From Gemmatimonadota bacterium (lineage in GTDB: Bacteria > Gemmatimonadota > Gemmatimonadetes > Longimicrobiales > Gaopeijiaceae): a stretch of DNA of 64,000 bases. Where the stretch lies: NCBI GenBank assembly GCA_022563405.1, contig JADFNK010000001.1, forward strand, positions 33,980-97,979. Reading direction: 5' to 3'. Every line of letters begins with the position of its first letter. Within the stretch, counting starts at the first letter, position 1. The translations under genes and the position numbers were made by a program. Below are positions 1-8,535 of this stretch, piece by piece. The notes below the pieces were generated by a model that was not told where the DNA came from, did not search any database, and saw nothing but the letters and a program-made list of their open reading frames with translations.

Positions 1-1848
1 CCGCCACCGCGAAAGGACGTGCCGGGTTCGTACCCGGTGGCCGGACCGGGTAAAATCCTGGCTCCTCAAGCTCCAAGAAACGAGGTCCGGCCGTCGCGGG
101 CAAGGCCACACTTCCACCGCCCGGCGTCAGCGCGACCAGATCCACGTCGGGCGGTAGCTCGGTCTCCCGGTCCGCGACGAACACCAGACCGGCCGGATCC
201 GCGAGGTCGAGGACCTGACCGATGGTGAACCAGGGCACTCGTTCCTGGTATCCGGAGAGGTGGCGCATCAACCCGTGGATGAACGGGAGAAATACGGGCT
301 GAACCGCCAGATCGTTCCAGTACCTGTCCATCGTGCTGGTCCAGACGAGCACAGTCCCCTCACCCAGGCGCCGCTCGGCAAGCGCGACCGACCCGTCGTC
401 GAACCACGCGAGCCCTCGTCCCTCTGGAACCAGCTCCAAGTCCCGCGACCGGAAAAACCGCGCCCGGGAGAAGTCGCCGCTCCGGGGTCCAGCGAACGCC
501 TCGAACACAGGATGGGAACGATCGAGGCGCCCCAGTCGAGCCGCTCCCCTCGAGTGGTTCCTGGCGGGGCCGAAGCGTCCGGGGAGTATCTCTTCGAGCC
601 CCGTTTGCCACGCGCTCCGCTCTCCTAGGACGAGCAAGAGTCCCCCGCCCTCCTCGACGAACCTGCGCAGGCGATCACCAGCAGCGCCCTGTGGGAATGG
701 GATGTCATTGAGAATGACCACGTCCGTCGACGCCAAATCGGCCGCCGAGAGGGAAGTGGAACGCCTCACTTCGACGTCGAAGGACGCCTCTTCGCTTATA
801 TGAGCGGTTTCGATGTAAAAGCTGGCGTCTTGCTGCGGATTGGCGCCCTCCAACACGATGGTACGCATCGCCCTTCCGGGCGAAAGCACGAAGTGGAACT
901 CGTCGTCTTGGGGAAGTGCATCGGGGTCGATCCGGATCGACCCACGGGTGTACACGTCCGAGAGTGTGAAGGCCTCGAACGTCACCACCGCCGAGCCCGT
1001 CGACTCGAGGTGCACGGTCTGCGTCTGTACTTCCTGTCCGTCGATTTCGAGGACTATGGACAGGTCTACCGGTGCTTCCCCGCCACGGCGGACCACACGG
1101 GCCTCCGCCGTCATACGTTCCTGGCCGGAGAAGAAATCTCGCCGGAGGGTCACCGACGCTACGGTGGCATTCGGAGTCGTTTCATCGGAAATCAGCACGG
1201 GGCTCACGAGCGTTCCGGGGGGGAACGTCACACCCTCGTCTCCCTTCCACCCGTTACGTTGGAAGTCGCTGATGATCACGACCTCCCGCTGGTACTGGGG
1301 CTCGGACTCATCCAGGATCGTCTGGGCCAACTTCAGGGCGGGGCCGTACAGAGTCCCGTCTGCGCTCACACTGGTGGTGTCCAGGGCGGCAAGCAGGCGG
1401 TCCCGATCGGAGGTCGCCCGGAGGACCGCCTCCGCACCCCTCGACATCAGGACCAGGCTCGCGCGATCTTGAGCGCCTAGGCCCTCGAACACTTCTCGAG
1501 CCTGAGTCTTGGCCCGCTCCCAGCGGTCGCCGTAGCCCATCGAGTAGGATCGGTCCAGTACTACGACGACTTCGCGGGGTCCTCCGGTCGAGCCGATCCC
1601 CACTACATCGTTCTCGAAGAATGGGCGGCTGAACGCGGCCACGAGTAGTGCCAACGCCAGAGCCCGGATCGCCAACAGGGCCCAGTGGTGGATCTTCTTA
1701 CGCCGGCTCGACCGAAAGGGGATCTGCCTGAGGAACATCAAAGATGGGAAGTCCACCACTTGGCGGCGCTGTCTCTCAGTCAGGTGGACGACGATCGGCA
1801 CCACCAGACCCGCGAGGCCCAGCAGGAAGAGGGGCGCGAGAAGACCCA
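1..1848 (-). CDS. BatA-like protein (N-terminal TM segment + VWA domain); 3' end runs off the window
   Basis: Absent from the ORF track because it leaves the window. Hand translation from ATG at 1848 (ATGA overlap with the DUF58 stop at 1849) gives MGLLAPLFLLGLAGLVVPIVVHL..., then VVVVLDRSYSMGYGDRW (DxSxS MIDAS-like). The frame stays open to nt 1. Confidence 0.75.
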
Positions 1849-2772
1849 TCAGCGCACCCTGGCCAACTTCTCGCGGCTCGAGAGGTACTGGAAGAGGGCG
1901 TGATCCAGCGGCTTCGAGGTGTCGAGCACCGTGTAGTCGATACGGCTCCCCGTGAAGAGACGTGCCAACTCTTCCGTGTGTTCGCCAATGAGAGCACGAT
2001 ATTCGGTTGCGAGCCGATCGGGCACGATGGGAATCATCTTATCACTCTCCATATCCCGAAAACTCGCCGCACTCTCGAACGGGAATTCCAGTTCGGCCGG
2101 GTCGAGCACATGAAACACGATCACGTCGTGGCCTCGAGCTCTGAGATGTCGAATGGAGTCGATCACCTGCTCCGGCTCTTCGTAAAAATCCGAAATGACG
2201 AGAATGATCCCCCGGTGGTGGAGGTTGTCACCCAGTCGCATGAGTGGGTCCCGCAGTACGCCGGGCCGCCCCGGTTCCGCGCGCGTCAGCACGTGTAGGA
2301 TACGCTGCAAGTGGCGGGTGGACGGCGGTATGTACTCCACGATCTCGTGGTCGAAGGTCGCGAGGCCCACCCGGTCTCTCTGCTTTTGTGAGAAGAAAGA
2401 GAGAGCCGCCGCCAAGTAACGGGCGTAGTCCAGTTTGGTGACCGCGTGTGTACCGAAGCTCATGGACTTGGAGATGTCGAGCGCGATCACAAAATTGGCG
2501 CTGGTCTCCGCCTCGAAGAGCTTGAGATAAAAACGGTCCGTGCGACCGTAGAGCTTCCAGTCGATGCGCCGGATGTCATCGCCCGGCATGTATTGGCGGT
2601 GCTCCGCGAAATCGAGTGACAACCCCAGGTGCGGTGACCTGTGAATGCCCTGGAGGAATCCGTCCACGACGGTGCGGGCCAACAGATCCAGACCGTTTAT
2701 TCGGCTCAATATGGCCGGATCGAGGAACTGCGTATCGGCACCGTGAATACTCGACCGTTCTCTGACAGCCAT
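1849..2772 (-). CDS. DUF58 domain protein (MoxR-operon partner)
   Basis: 307 aa ORF. Contains HRQYMPGDDIRRIDWKLYGRTDRFYLKLFE and FVIALDISKSMSF, typical of DUF58. Lies directly downstream of the MoxR ATPase. Confidence 0.9.
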   Translation of the reverse strand: MAVRERSSIHGADTQFLDPAILSRINGLDLLARTVVDGFLQGIHRSPHLGLSLDFAEHRQYMPGDDIRRIDWKLYGRTDRFYLKLFEAETSANFVIALDISKSMSFGTHAVTKLDYARYLAAALSFFSQKQRDRVGLATFDHEIVEYIPPSTRHLQRILHVLTRAEPGRPGVLRDPLMRLGDNLHHRGIILVISDFYEEPEQVIDSIRHLRARGHDVIVFHVLDPAELEFPFESAASFRDMESDKMIPIVPDRLATEYRALIGEHTEELARLFTGSRIDYTVLDTSKPLDHALFQYLSSREKLARVR

Positions 2773-2784
2773 TGGGAAATCCGC

Positions 2785-3873
2785 CTAGAGGCCCGAGGAG
2801 GGCACAGGCACGATCTCGAGCAGCTGGTCGACCAGTTCGGCCGTCGTCACACCTTCGGATTCCGCGTGGAAGTTGGTGAGAATTCTGTGCCTCAGGACCG
2901 GGTGGGCGAGCGCTCGGATGTCCTCGAAGCTCACGTTGTAACGTCCCTTCGTTATCGCTCGAGCCTTCCCTCCCAGAATGAGATATTGGGCGGCCCGGAC
3001 GCTTGCCCCGAAGGCGACCCACTTGTTGATGAAGTCCGGACTATCTCCGTTCCGACTCGGCCGCGTGGTCCTGACCATGTTGACGGCATAACGCATTACC
3101 GCGTCCGGGACGGGTACCTTTCGCACGAGCTCCTGGAACGCGACGAGATCCGGGCCCGTGACGGCGTGCTTGAAGTCGGGCTTCAGGATTCCGGTCGTCG
3201 TGCGCACCACCTCCATCTCATCATCTAGCTCGAGATGGTCCATGATGATCTTGAACATGAAGCGGTCGAGCTGCGCCTCTGGCAGTGGGTATGTGCCCTC
3301 GAGCTCGATGGGATTCTGGGTCGCGAACACATAGAAAGGCTCTTCGAGCACGTAAGTCGTGCCCTGAACCGTAACACGGTGCTCTTGCATCGCTTCCAGG
3401 AGCGCCGACTGGGTCTTGGGGGGCGTCCGGTTGATCTCGTCGGCGAGGAGAATGTTCGCGAAGATGGGACCTGGGGCGAACACCATGCTCCGGCGACCGG
3501 TCTTCGGGTCTTCCTGGATGATGTCCGTGCCCGTGATGTCCGACGGCATCAAGTCCGGAGTGAACTGGATTCGCGAGAACTTGAGATCGAGGACTTCAGC
3601 GACGGTGTGGATCAACAACGTCTTCGCCAGCCCGGGAACACCGAGCAGCAAGCTATTGCCGCCCACGAAGAGAGAAAGAAGCATCTGCTCGATGACCTCT
3701 TCCTGCCCGATTATGAGCTTCCGAACCTCCTTTATGATCTGCTCACGCCCCGCCTTCATTCGATCGGCGAGATCGATGTCATCCGGACTCTCTAGAGCGC
3801 GCGACTTGGGCCCGTCGTCTGCCTCGGCCTCAACTGCGACTTCGGCGACTTCCTGTTCTTCCTTGAATGCCAT
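2785..3873 (-). CDS. MoxR-family AAA+ ATPase
   Basis: 362 aa. Walker A GVPGLAKT, Walker B LLADEINR, and overall MoxR-like layout. Confidence 0.93.
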   Translation of the reverse strand: MAFKEEQEVAEVAVEAEADDGPKSRALESPDDIDLADRMKAGREQIIKEVRKLIIGQEEVIEQMLLSLFVGGNSLLLGVPGLAKTLLIHTVAEVLDLKFSRIQFTPDLMPSDITGTDIIQEDPKTGRRSMVFAPGPIFANILLADEINRTPPKTQSALLEAMQEHRVTVQGTTYVLEEPFYVFATQNPIELEGTYPLPEAQLDRFMFKIIMDHLELDDEMEVVRTTTGILKPDFKHAVTGPDLVAFQELVRKVPVPDAVMRYAVNMVRTTRPSRNGDSPDFINKWVAFGASVRAAQYLILGGKARAITKGRYNVSFEDIRALAHPVLRHRILTNFHAESEGVTTAELVDQLLEIVPVPSSGL

Positions 3874-3975
3874 TTCGTGCTCCGTCGAGGCCGGCGCGCG
3901 GCCAGCTGGCTCATCGTTGAGGTTTCTTGCCGTCCCGGTCGGCTACGATGCCACCGGGGTGGATTATGGTACCAC

Positions 3976-4791
3976 TCAGTGTGTCATGGCGTAGATGACA
4001 TAGTTGACACCCAATTTGTACGCTTCGTTGGACAGGTCGATCGGATACCACCCTACGTCTGAGAACTCCCAGTACTCTCCGATGTCGTTGTTATAGTTGG
4101 CGATCACCATCAAACGCCGTTCCGGATCGTTTTTTTCGTGGAGCCCCAAATACACGGGCACAACCCGGTAGGTAGGAGACGCCAGGGTCTTTAGCGACTC
4201 GATCCGGAAAAAAGAGTCGAAGATCCTATGGGTTTCGTCAAGTTCGACGAATTCGGCCCCCGGGATCACTCGTTTCATCTGAGCGTCGAAGTTGAACCAA
4301 TCGGCGTCACGGAAGTCGTCGGCGATCAGAAAGCCGCCTTTGAGCAGGTAGTTCCTGAGCCCTTCGACCTCCGATTCCGTCGGATTCCAATACCCGGGCT
4401 CGGAGATATACGCAAGGGGGAAGCGGGTGAGTTCCGGGTCGTCCGTCGTGAAAATATTCCCGCCGTCCATATAGGGCCGCAGGTAAGTCGTCTCGCGAAG
4501 GATGTTCATGAAGTTCCGTTCCGCCCTGGGGTAGTCATGGGCCCACGGCGGCTGCCCTCCTCGCCCTCGCCCAAAACTTCCGGCGCTGAGACCTACGCCG
4601 AAGCGGATACGCGCGAACGTGAAGCGGCCATCGTAGGGCACGTTGGCGTCCTGTAAATTGCCGCCGCCGCGGACCACCTCGATCTCGGGTGGATCTCCTG
4701 GGTGGAGCCCGGAATGTACGACCGCGACCGATCCGGTCAGCACCGAAGCCGTGACGAAACCCAGCAGGGGCAGAGGGAGCGCGCCGCTCAC
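3976..4791 (-). CDS. DUF4159 domain protein (paralog 1)
   Basis: 271 aa with an N-terminal hydrophobic segment. Contains FTFARIRF...WAHDYPRAERNF...LTRFPLAYISEPGYW...GGFLIADDF. Its GTG start overlaps the upstream stop (GTGA). Confidence 0.8.
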   Translation of the reverse strand: MSGALPLPLLGFVTASVLTGSVAVVHSGLHPGDPPEIEVVRGGGNLQDANVPYDGRFTFARIRFGVGLSAGSFGRGRGGQPPWAHDYPRAERNFMNILRETTYLRPYMDGGNIFTTDDPELTRFPLAYISEPGYWNPTESEVEGLRNYLLKGGFLIADDFRDADWFNFDAQMKRVIPGAEFVELDETHRIFDSFFRIESLKTLASPTYRVVPVYLGLHEKNDPERRLMVIANYNNDIGEYWEFSDVGWYPIDLSNEAYKLGVNYVIYAMTH

Positions 4792-7526
4792 CTCGAGCGC
4801 GCGCCGGGGGGGGCCACCGGTCCGTCCGTCCCTGGCGAAGTCGCTCCGCCATCCGGTCGTGCCGGAGGAGCACCGCCAGCCGCGCCGCTTCTGATGTCGA
4901 GAAGTAGCTCCAGTCCCGCCGGGAAGTTCGGTGCGATCTCGAGGGCCCTCAGAATCGTCCGTCGGGCTTGAACCGGATCACGGGCCCGTACATAAGAGAG
5001 AGAGAGATCGTAGTACGCGCCCGCCAAGTCCGCCGGCTCCAGCGCGAGAATGGCTCTCCGCTCCCGCACCTCACCTATTGCGTCCCCACGGGCCTCATGA
5101 GCCTCCGCCAGGCGGTCGTGTAGATCGACCTCGTAGGGGTAGATGAGAACGGCCGCGTCCATCGCCTCGGCGGCGCGCTGGGTGTCGCCCAGCTCGGTCC
5201 GAAGCTCGGCGAGTTGGAGAAACGCTTCGTAATGGCTCTCGTTCAAAGCAGTCAGGTGCGCGAGTGCGTCCGCGGCCTCCTCCGTCTCTTCTCGTTGCTG
5301 ATGAATCTGCGCGAGATACCAATACGGACTGCCCGCTCCTCCGTACTCCGGGAAGAGATCGACCGCTGCGCGGAGATGCTCCTCGGCCTCCTCCAAGCGT
5401 TCCTCCTGGAACAGCATGATTCCGAGGGACAGCCGCGCCTGAAAGTTGCCCGGGTTCTCTCGCACCACCCTCGTCAAATCTTCGATCGTCTGCGGGTTCT
5501 CAGGGATGCCCGGGCTGTCGGCGGGCGGCTCGAGGGCCTTCAACGGGATGGCGAAACGCTCCTGGAAATATTCGTCGAAGTCGCGGTCGAGCTCGTCCAT
5601 GCTGATGTCCAGGAGGCTCTCCATCAGCTCCGGTGTCGCCCGTCCGTCCCGGTATCCAAGGAGCATGTCCCGAATGACCTGAAGTCCCCAGCGGTCCTCG
5701 ATAAAGGCGAACACGAGCGACGCTTGCAGATAAGAATCGATGACCTGCTCGGGGTAGTCGGGCTGCACGAAACCGGAATTCAACTCGCTTACCGGTAGCA
5801 GCATTCCCTCGCGGTATCGGTTGAGAAACGCGGGGTCGGGCTGGTGGCCCCAACCTTCGCGGGCGCGGCGCTGTTCGTGGACGGCCAAACCCTCGGAGAA
5901 CCAGCGCGGGACGTTGTGCTCGGTGAGCCCGAGGTGGAACACGTGGGCGAGTTCGTGCCAGAGGACGGACGCCCAGTTGAAATTTCCGACGGGCCGGGCG
6001 GCGGGCGAGTCCATAGCGAGAAGGCTTCCGAAGGCCACGCCGAGAGCGCCCATGCCACTCAGCCCGATGGTCCGGACAGAGAAGTCGCTGGAATTCGGAT
6101 AGACCTCGATTCGGATGGGCAGCGGCGGCTCATACCCGCCATACCGTTCTACCAGGGCCTCGTATGCCTCTTCCGCGATCTGTTCAATGTACGGCTGGAG
6201 CAGTGCCGACTCGCGTTGGTGCACAACGAAGAGGAAACGGGGGTCGTCGTCATCGATATCGTAGTACTCGAAGGTGTCCATGAGCAGCAGCGTGTTGTAA
6301 AACCACACGCTGTGCGGATCTCCCTCGAAGGCCGTCTCGAGGTTGGCCTTGGCTTCCTCGATCAAGCCGAGCCGCAGCTGATTCACGCCGAGGATCCCGT
6401 AGGCTCTCCACGAGAGGGAGTCTATTCTGACGGCCTCTTCCGCCAGGCGAGTCGCCTCGAGGTACTTCCGGCTCTCTACGCTCAAGAGCGCGATATCGTT
6501 GTACAGCTCGGCGTAGGTTGGGCTGAGCCCGGTAACCTGGTCACGGATCGCCTCATACTCACCGGTCTCGCCGCGGAGAAAATGACTGGCCGCGAGGACG
6601 CTCAGCGCCTCCAAGGAGGTGGGGTTCACCTCGAGTGCCCGCTCGAGCTCGGATCGGGCCTCTTCGTGATTTTCCGCCTTGAGGAGAAGTCTGGCCTTGA
6701 AGACCCTCGCTTCGACCAGATTCTCGTTCTGCTCGAGGGCCATGTCTACCTGATCCATCACTCCGATCGTGCCATTGAATTCCATCGCGCGGGCTAAACC
6801 CAGGAGCGCGCGTGGATGGTTCGGATTTAGTTGGAGCACCTCCTGCATCGCCACGTCGGCTTCCGGTCCGTTGTACTTCTCGAGAAAGAACTCCCCGACC
6901 AGGACGCGCGGTTCCAGGTTACCCGGATCGGCGGCGATGGCTTCATCGTAGGCCCTGAGGGCGTCCTGGAAGAGTGCGTACTCCCGGGAGCCCAGGTAGC
7001 GAACCGCTGTCGCCACGGCGGTGAGGTCGGCCGAGGAGAGAGGCGTCGAGCCGTTGTAGATGTCGATGAAGGAGTCGAAGATCGATAACGCGGCCTCACG
7101 ATCCCCATACGTCCATTCTATGATGGCGAGCTTCAAGCGGGCGGAGTGCCGGTCGACCGCACCACCCTGGACCGCTCGATTGAAGTGGACGCGGGCTTCG
7201 TCGATCCGTCCCAATTCGTAATAGACTTCGCCGGCGGTGTAGGCGAGTTCGGTCTCCAAAACGGGCGGGGCCTGAGCCAAGGCTTCGAGCGCATCCTCGT
7301 ATCGGCCCACCTCGGCCAGGGCCGAGACATACGCCACGTATGCTCTTCGGCGATCGTTTCGGCTCAGATCCGGCCCCGGGTCCGATCGGGAGATCTCCGC
7401 GAGGGACTCGATGGCCGTCTCATAGGCCCCCGAGCGAAGTTCAGAGATGGCTTCGTCCAGCGTCTGCGCTCCACCGGCGGATGGACCGAACGCGGCGAGC
7501 GCGACCAGGAGAAACCCGCGTTTCAT
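4788..7526 (-). CDS. Secreted TPR-repeat protein with embedded gluzincin (peptidase MA-like) HEXXH...E motif
   Basis: 912 aa. Signal-like N-terminus MKRGFLLVALAAFGPSAGGAQ and multiple TPR-like helical repeats. WHELAHVFHLGLTEHNVPRWFSEGLAVHEQ matches HEXXH followed by a downstream Glu. Confidence 0.85.
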   Translation of the reverse strand: MKRGFLLVALAAFGPSAGGAQTLDEAISELRSGAYETAIESLAEISRSDPGPDLSRNDRRRAYVAYVSALAEVGRYEDALEALAQAPPVLETELAYTAGEVYYELGRIDEARVHFNRAVQGGAVDRHSARLKLAIIEWTYGDREAALSIFDSFIDIYNGSTPLSSADLTAVATAVRYLGSREYALFQDALRAYDEAIAADPGNLEPRVLVGEFFLEKYNGPEADVAMQEVLQLNPNHPRALLGLARAMEFNGTIGVMDQVDMALEQNENLVEARVFKARLLLKAENHEEARSELERALEVNPTSLEALSVLAASHFLRGETGEYEAIRDQVTGLSPTYAELYNDIALLSVESRKYLEATRLAEEAVRIDSLSWRAYGILGVNQLRLGLIEEAKANLETAFEGDPHSVWFYNTLLLMDTFEYYDIDDDDPRFLFVVHQRESALLQPYIEQIAEEAYEALVERYGGYEPPLPIRIEVYPNSSDFSVRTIGLSGMGALGVAFGSLLAMDSPAARPVGNFNWASVLWHELAHVFHLGLTEHNVPRWFSEGLAVHEQRRAREGWGHQPDPAFLNRYREGMLLPVSELNSGFVQPDYPEQVIDSYLQASLVFAFIEDRWGLQVIRDMLLGYRDGRATPELMESLLDISMDELDRDFDEYFQERFAIPLKALEPPADSPGIPENPQTIEDLTRVVRENPGNFQARLSLGIMLFQEERLEEAEEHLRAAVDLFPEYGGAGSPYWYLAQIHQQREETEEAADALAHLTALNESHYEAFLQLAELRTELGDTQRAAEAMDAAVLIYPYEVDLHDRLAEAHEARGDAIGEVRERRAILALEPADLAGAYYDLSLSYVRARDPVQARRTILRALEIAPNFPAGLELLLDIRSGAAGGAPPARPDGGATSPGTDGPVAPPGARSR

Positions 7527-8524
7527 TCGTTCCCGCCCGTCCGAGCCTCGATCTCCCTGTTGGTGAGAGCCAGCTCGACGAGCAACTCCTCCAGTTCGTT
7601 ATCGTACCGGTCCTGGTCGATCTGACCCCTCAGCGGGAGGAGCTCCTCGATGCGCCGCTCCACGTCCGCCTTCCGCACCAAGATGGCTCGGAGCTCCTCA
7701 TCGTCGGTGGCGCGCGCCGCGGCGAGGGTCGGGTCGCCGGCCAAGAACATCGTCCGTGCGAGAGCACCATCCAGCGCGTCCACCAAGTCGGTGCTCCCTT
7801 CTCCATCGCCGTTGTCGTCGAGCACGGGGTGCTCGGTGGCGATCCGGTTCGACGTCTCGTATTCCCGCGTGACTTCGGAGCGCGCGAACTCGAATGCCTC
7901 CCAGACCGACACGCGCCCATCCTTGTTCAGATCGGCGTCTTCACCGGTGAACGCGTCGATGAAGTAGCCCCCGAAGATCGTTTCGTTCCTCTCCCTCCCG
8001 GTCCTCGTGGCGGTGACGATCGTACGTCCCTCTCCTGAGAGGGCCTTCACGAATTCTCCGCTCGCACTCGCGAGGTTCATGAACGCCACTCGCCGACCTG
8101 ACAGCTGATCGAGGTGCAGGGCGAAGTCCTCCGCGGTGAGGTCGGGCCCCGGAAGGTTGAAGCGAGACTGTCCGGTGGAGTAGCTGCCGTGCCCGATCAG
8201 CACCACGAAGATGTGATCGCCGGGCTGGGAGTTGGAAACCAGCTTGGCGAAAGCCAGGTCGACGTTCTCTCGGGTCGAGCGGTCCTGGATGCGCACATCG
8301 GCGGTCGGGTCCTCGCCCAAGTAGATGATGTGATCGGCGGGTAGGCCGAACTTCTCACTCGCCACAGCGACGAGAGCGCTGCCCCACTCCGTGAATCGCT
8401 CGCTGTACATTGGGTCCCCGCCCAGACCCGTGATGACGAGGAGGTGGGGGTCCTGCCCCGCTACCGGTCGAGCCACAGCCGTCGCCGCCAAGAGCAAGAC
8501 GATGCCAAGAGTGCCCCTAGACAT
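7523..8524 (-). CDS. Legumain/C13-like fold protein with Cys->Ser at the nucleophile position, an EF-hand loop and a C-terminal coiled coil
   Basis: Start moved to the internal MSRGTLGIVLLLAATAVA, which removes the overlap with the upstream gene. GDHIFVVLIGHGS aligns to legumain DHVFIYFTDHGS. AFMNLASASGEF aligns to FYIEACESGSM. DLNKDGRVSVWE is a canonical 12-residue EF-hand loop. Confidence 0.7.
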   Translation of the reverse strand: MSRGTLGIVLLLAATAVARPVAGQDPHLLVITGLGGDPMYSERFTEWGSALVAVASEKFGLPADHIIYLGEDPTADVRIQDRSTRENVDLAFAKLVSNSQPGDHIFVVLIGHGSYSTGQSRFNLPGPDLTAEDFALHLDQLSGRRVAFMNLASASGEFVKALSGEGRTIVTATRTGRERNETIFGGYFIDAFTGEDADLNKDGRVSVWEAFEFARSEVTREYETSNRIATEHPVLDDNGDGEGSTDLVDALDGALARTMFLAGDPTLAAARATDDEELRAILVRKADVERRIEELLPLRGQIDQDRYDNELEELLVELALTNREIEARTGGNE

Positions 8525-8535
8525 CACCGGGGAGA

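Noticed and set aside
5844-6797. 317-aa plus-strand ORF (several similar ones occur at 5214-7625)
   Set aside because: All are antisense to the 912-aa TPR-peptidase gene, which has clear repeats, a signal peptide and the HEXXH motif.
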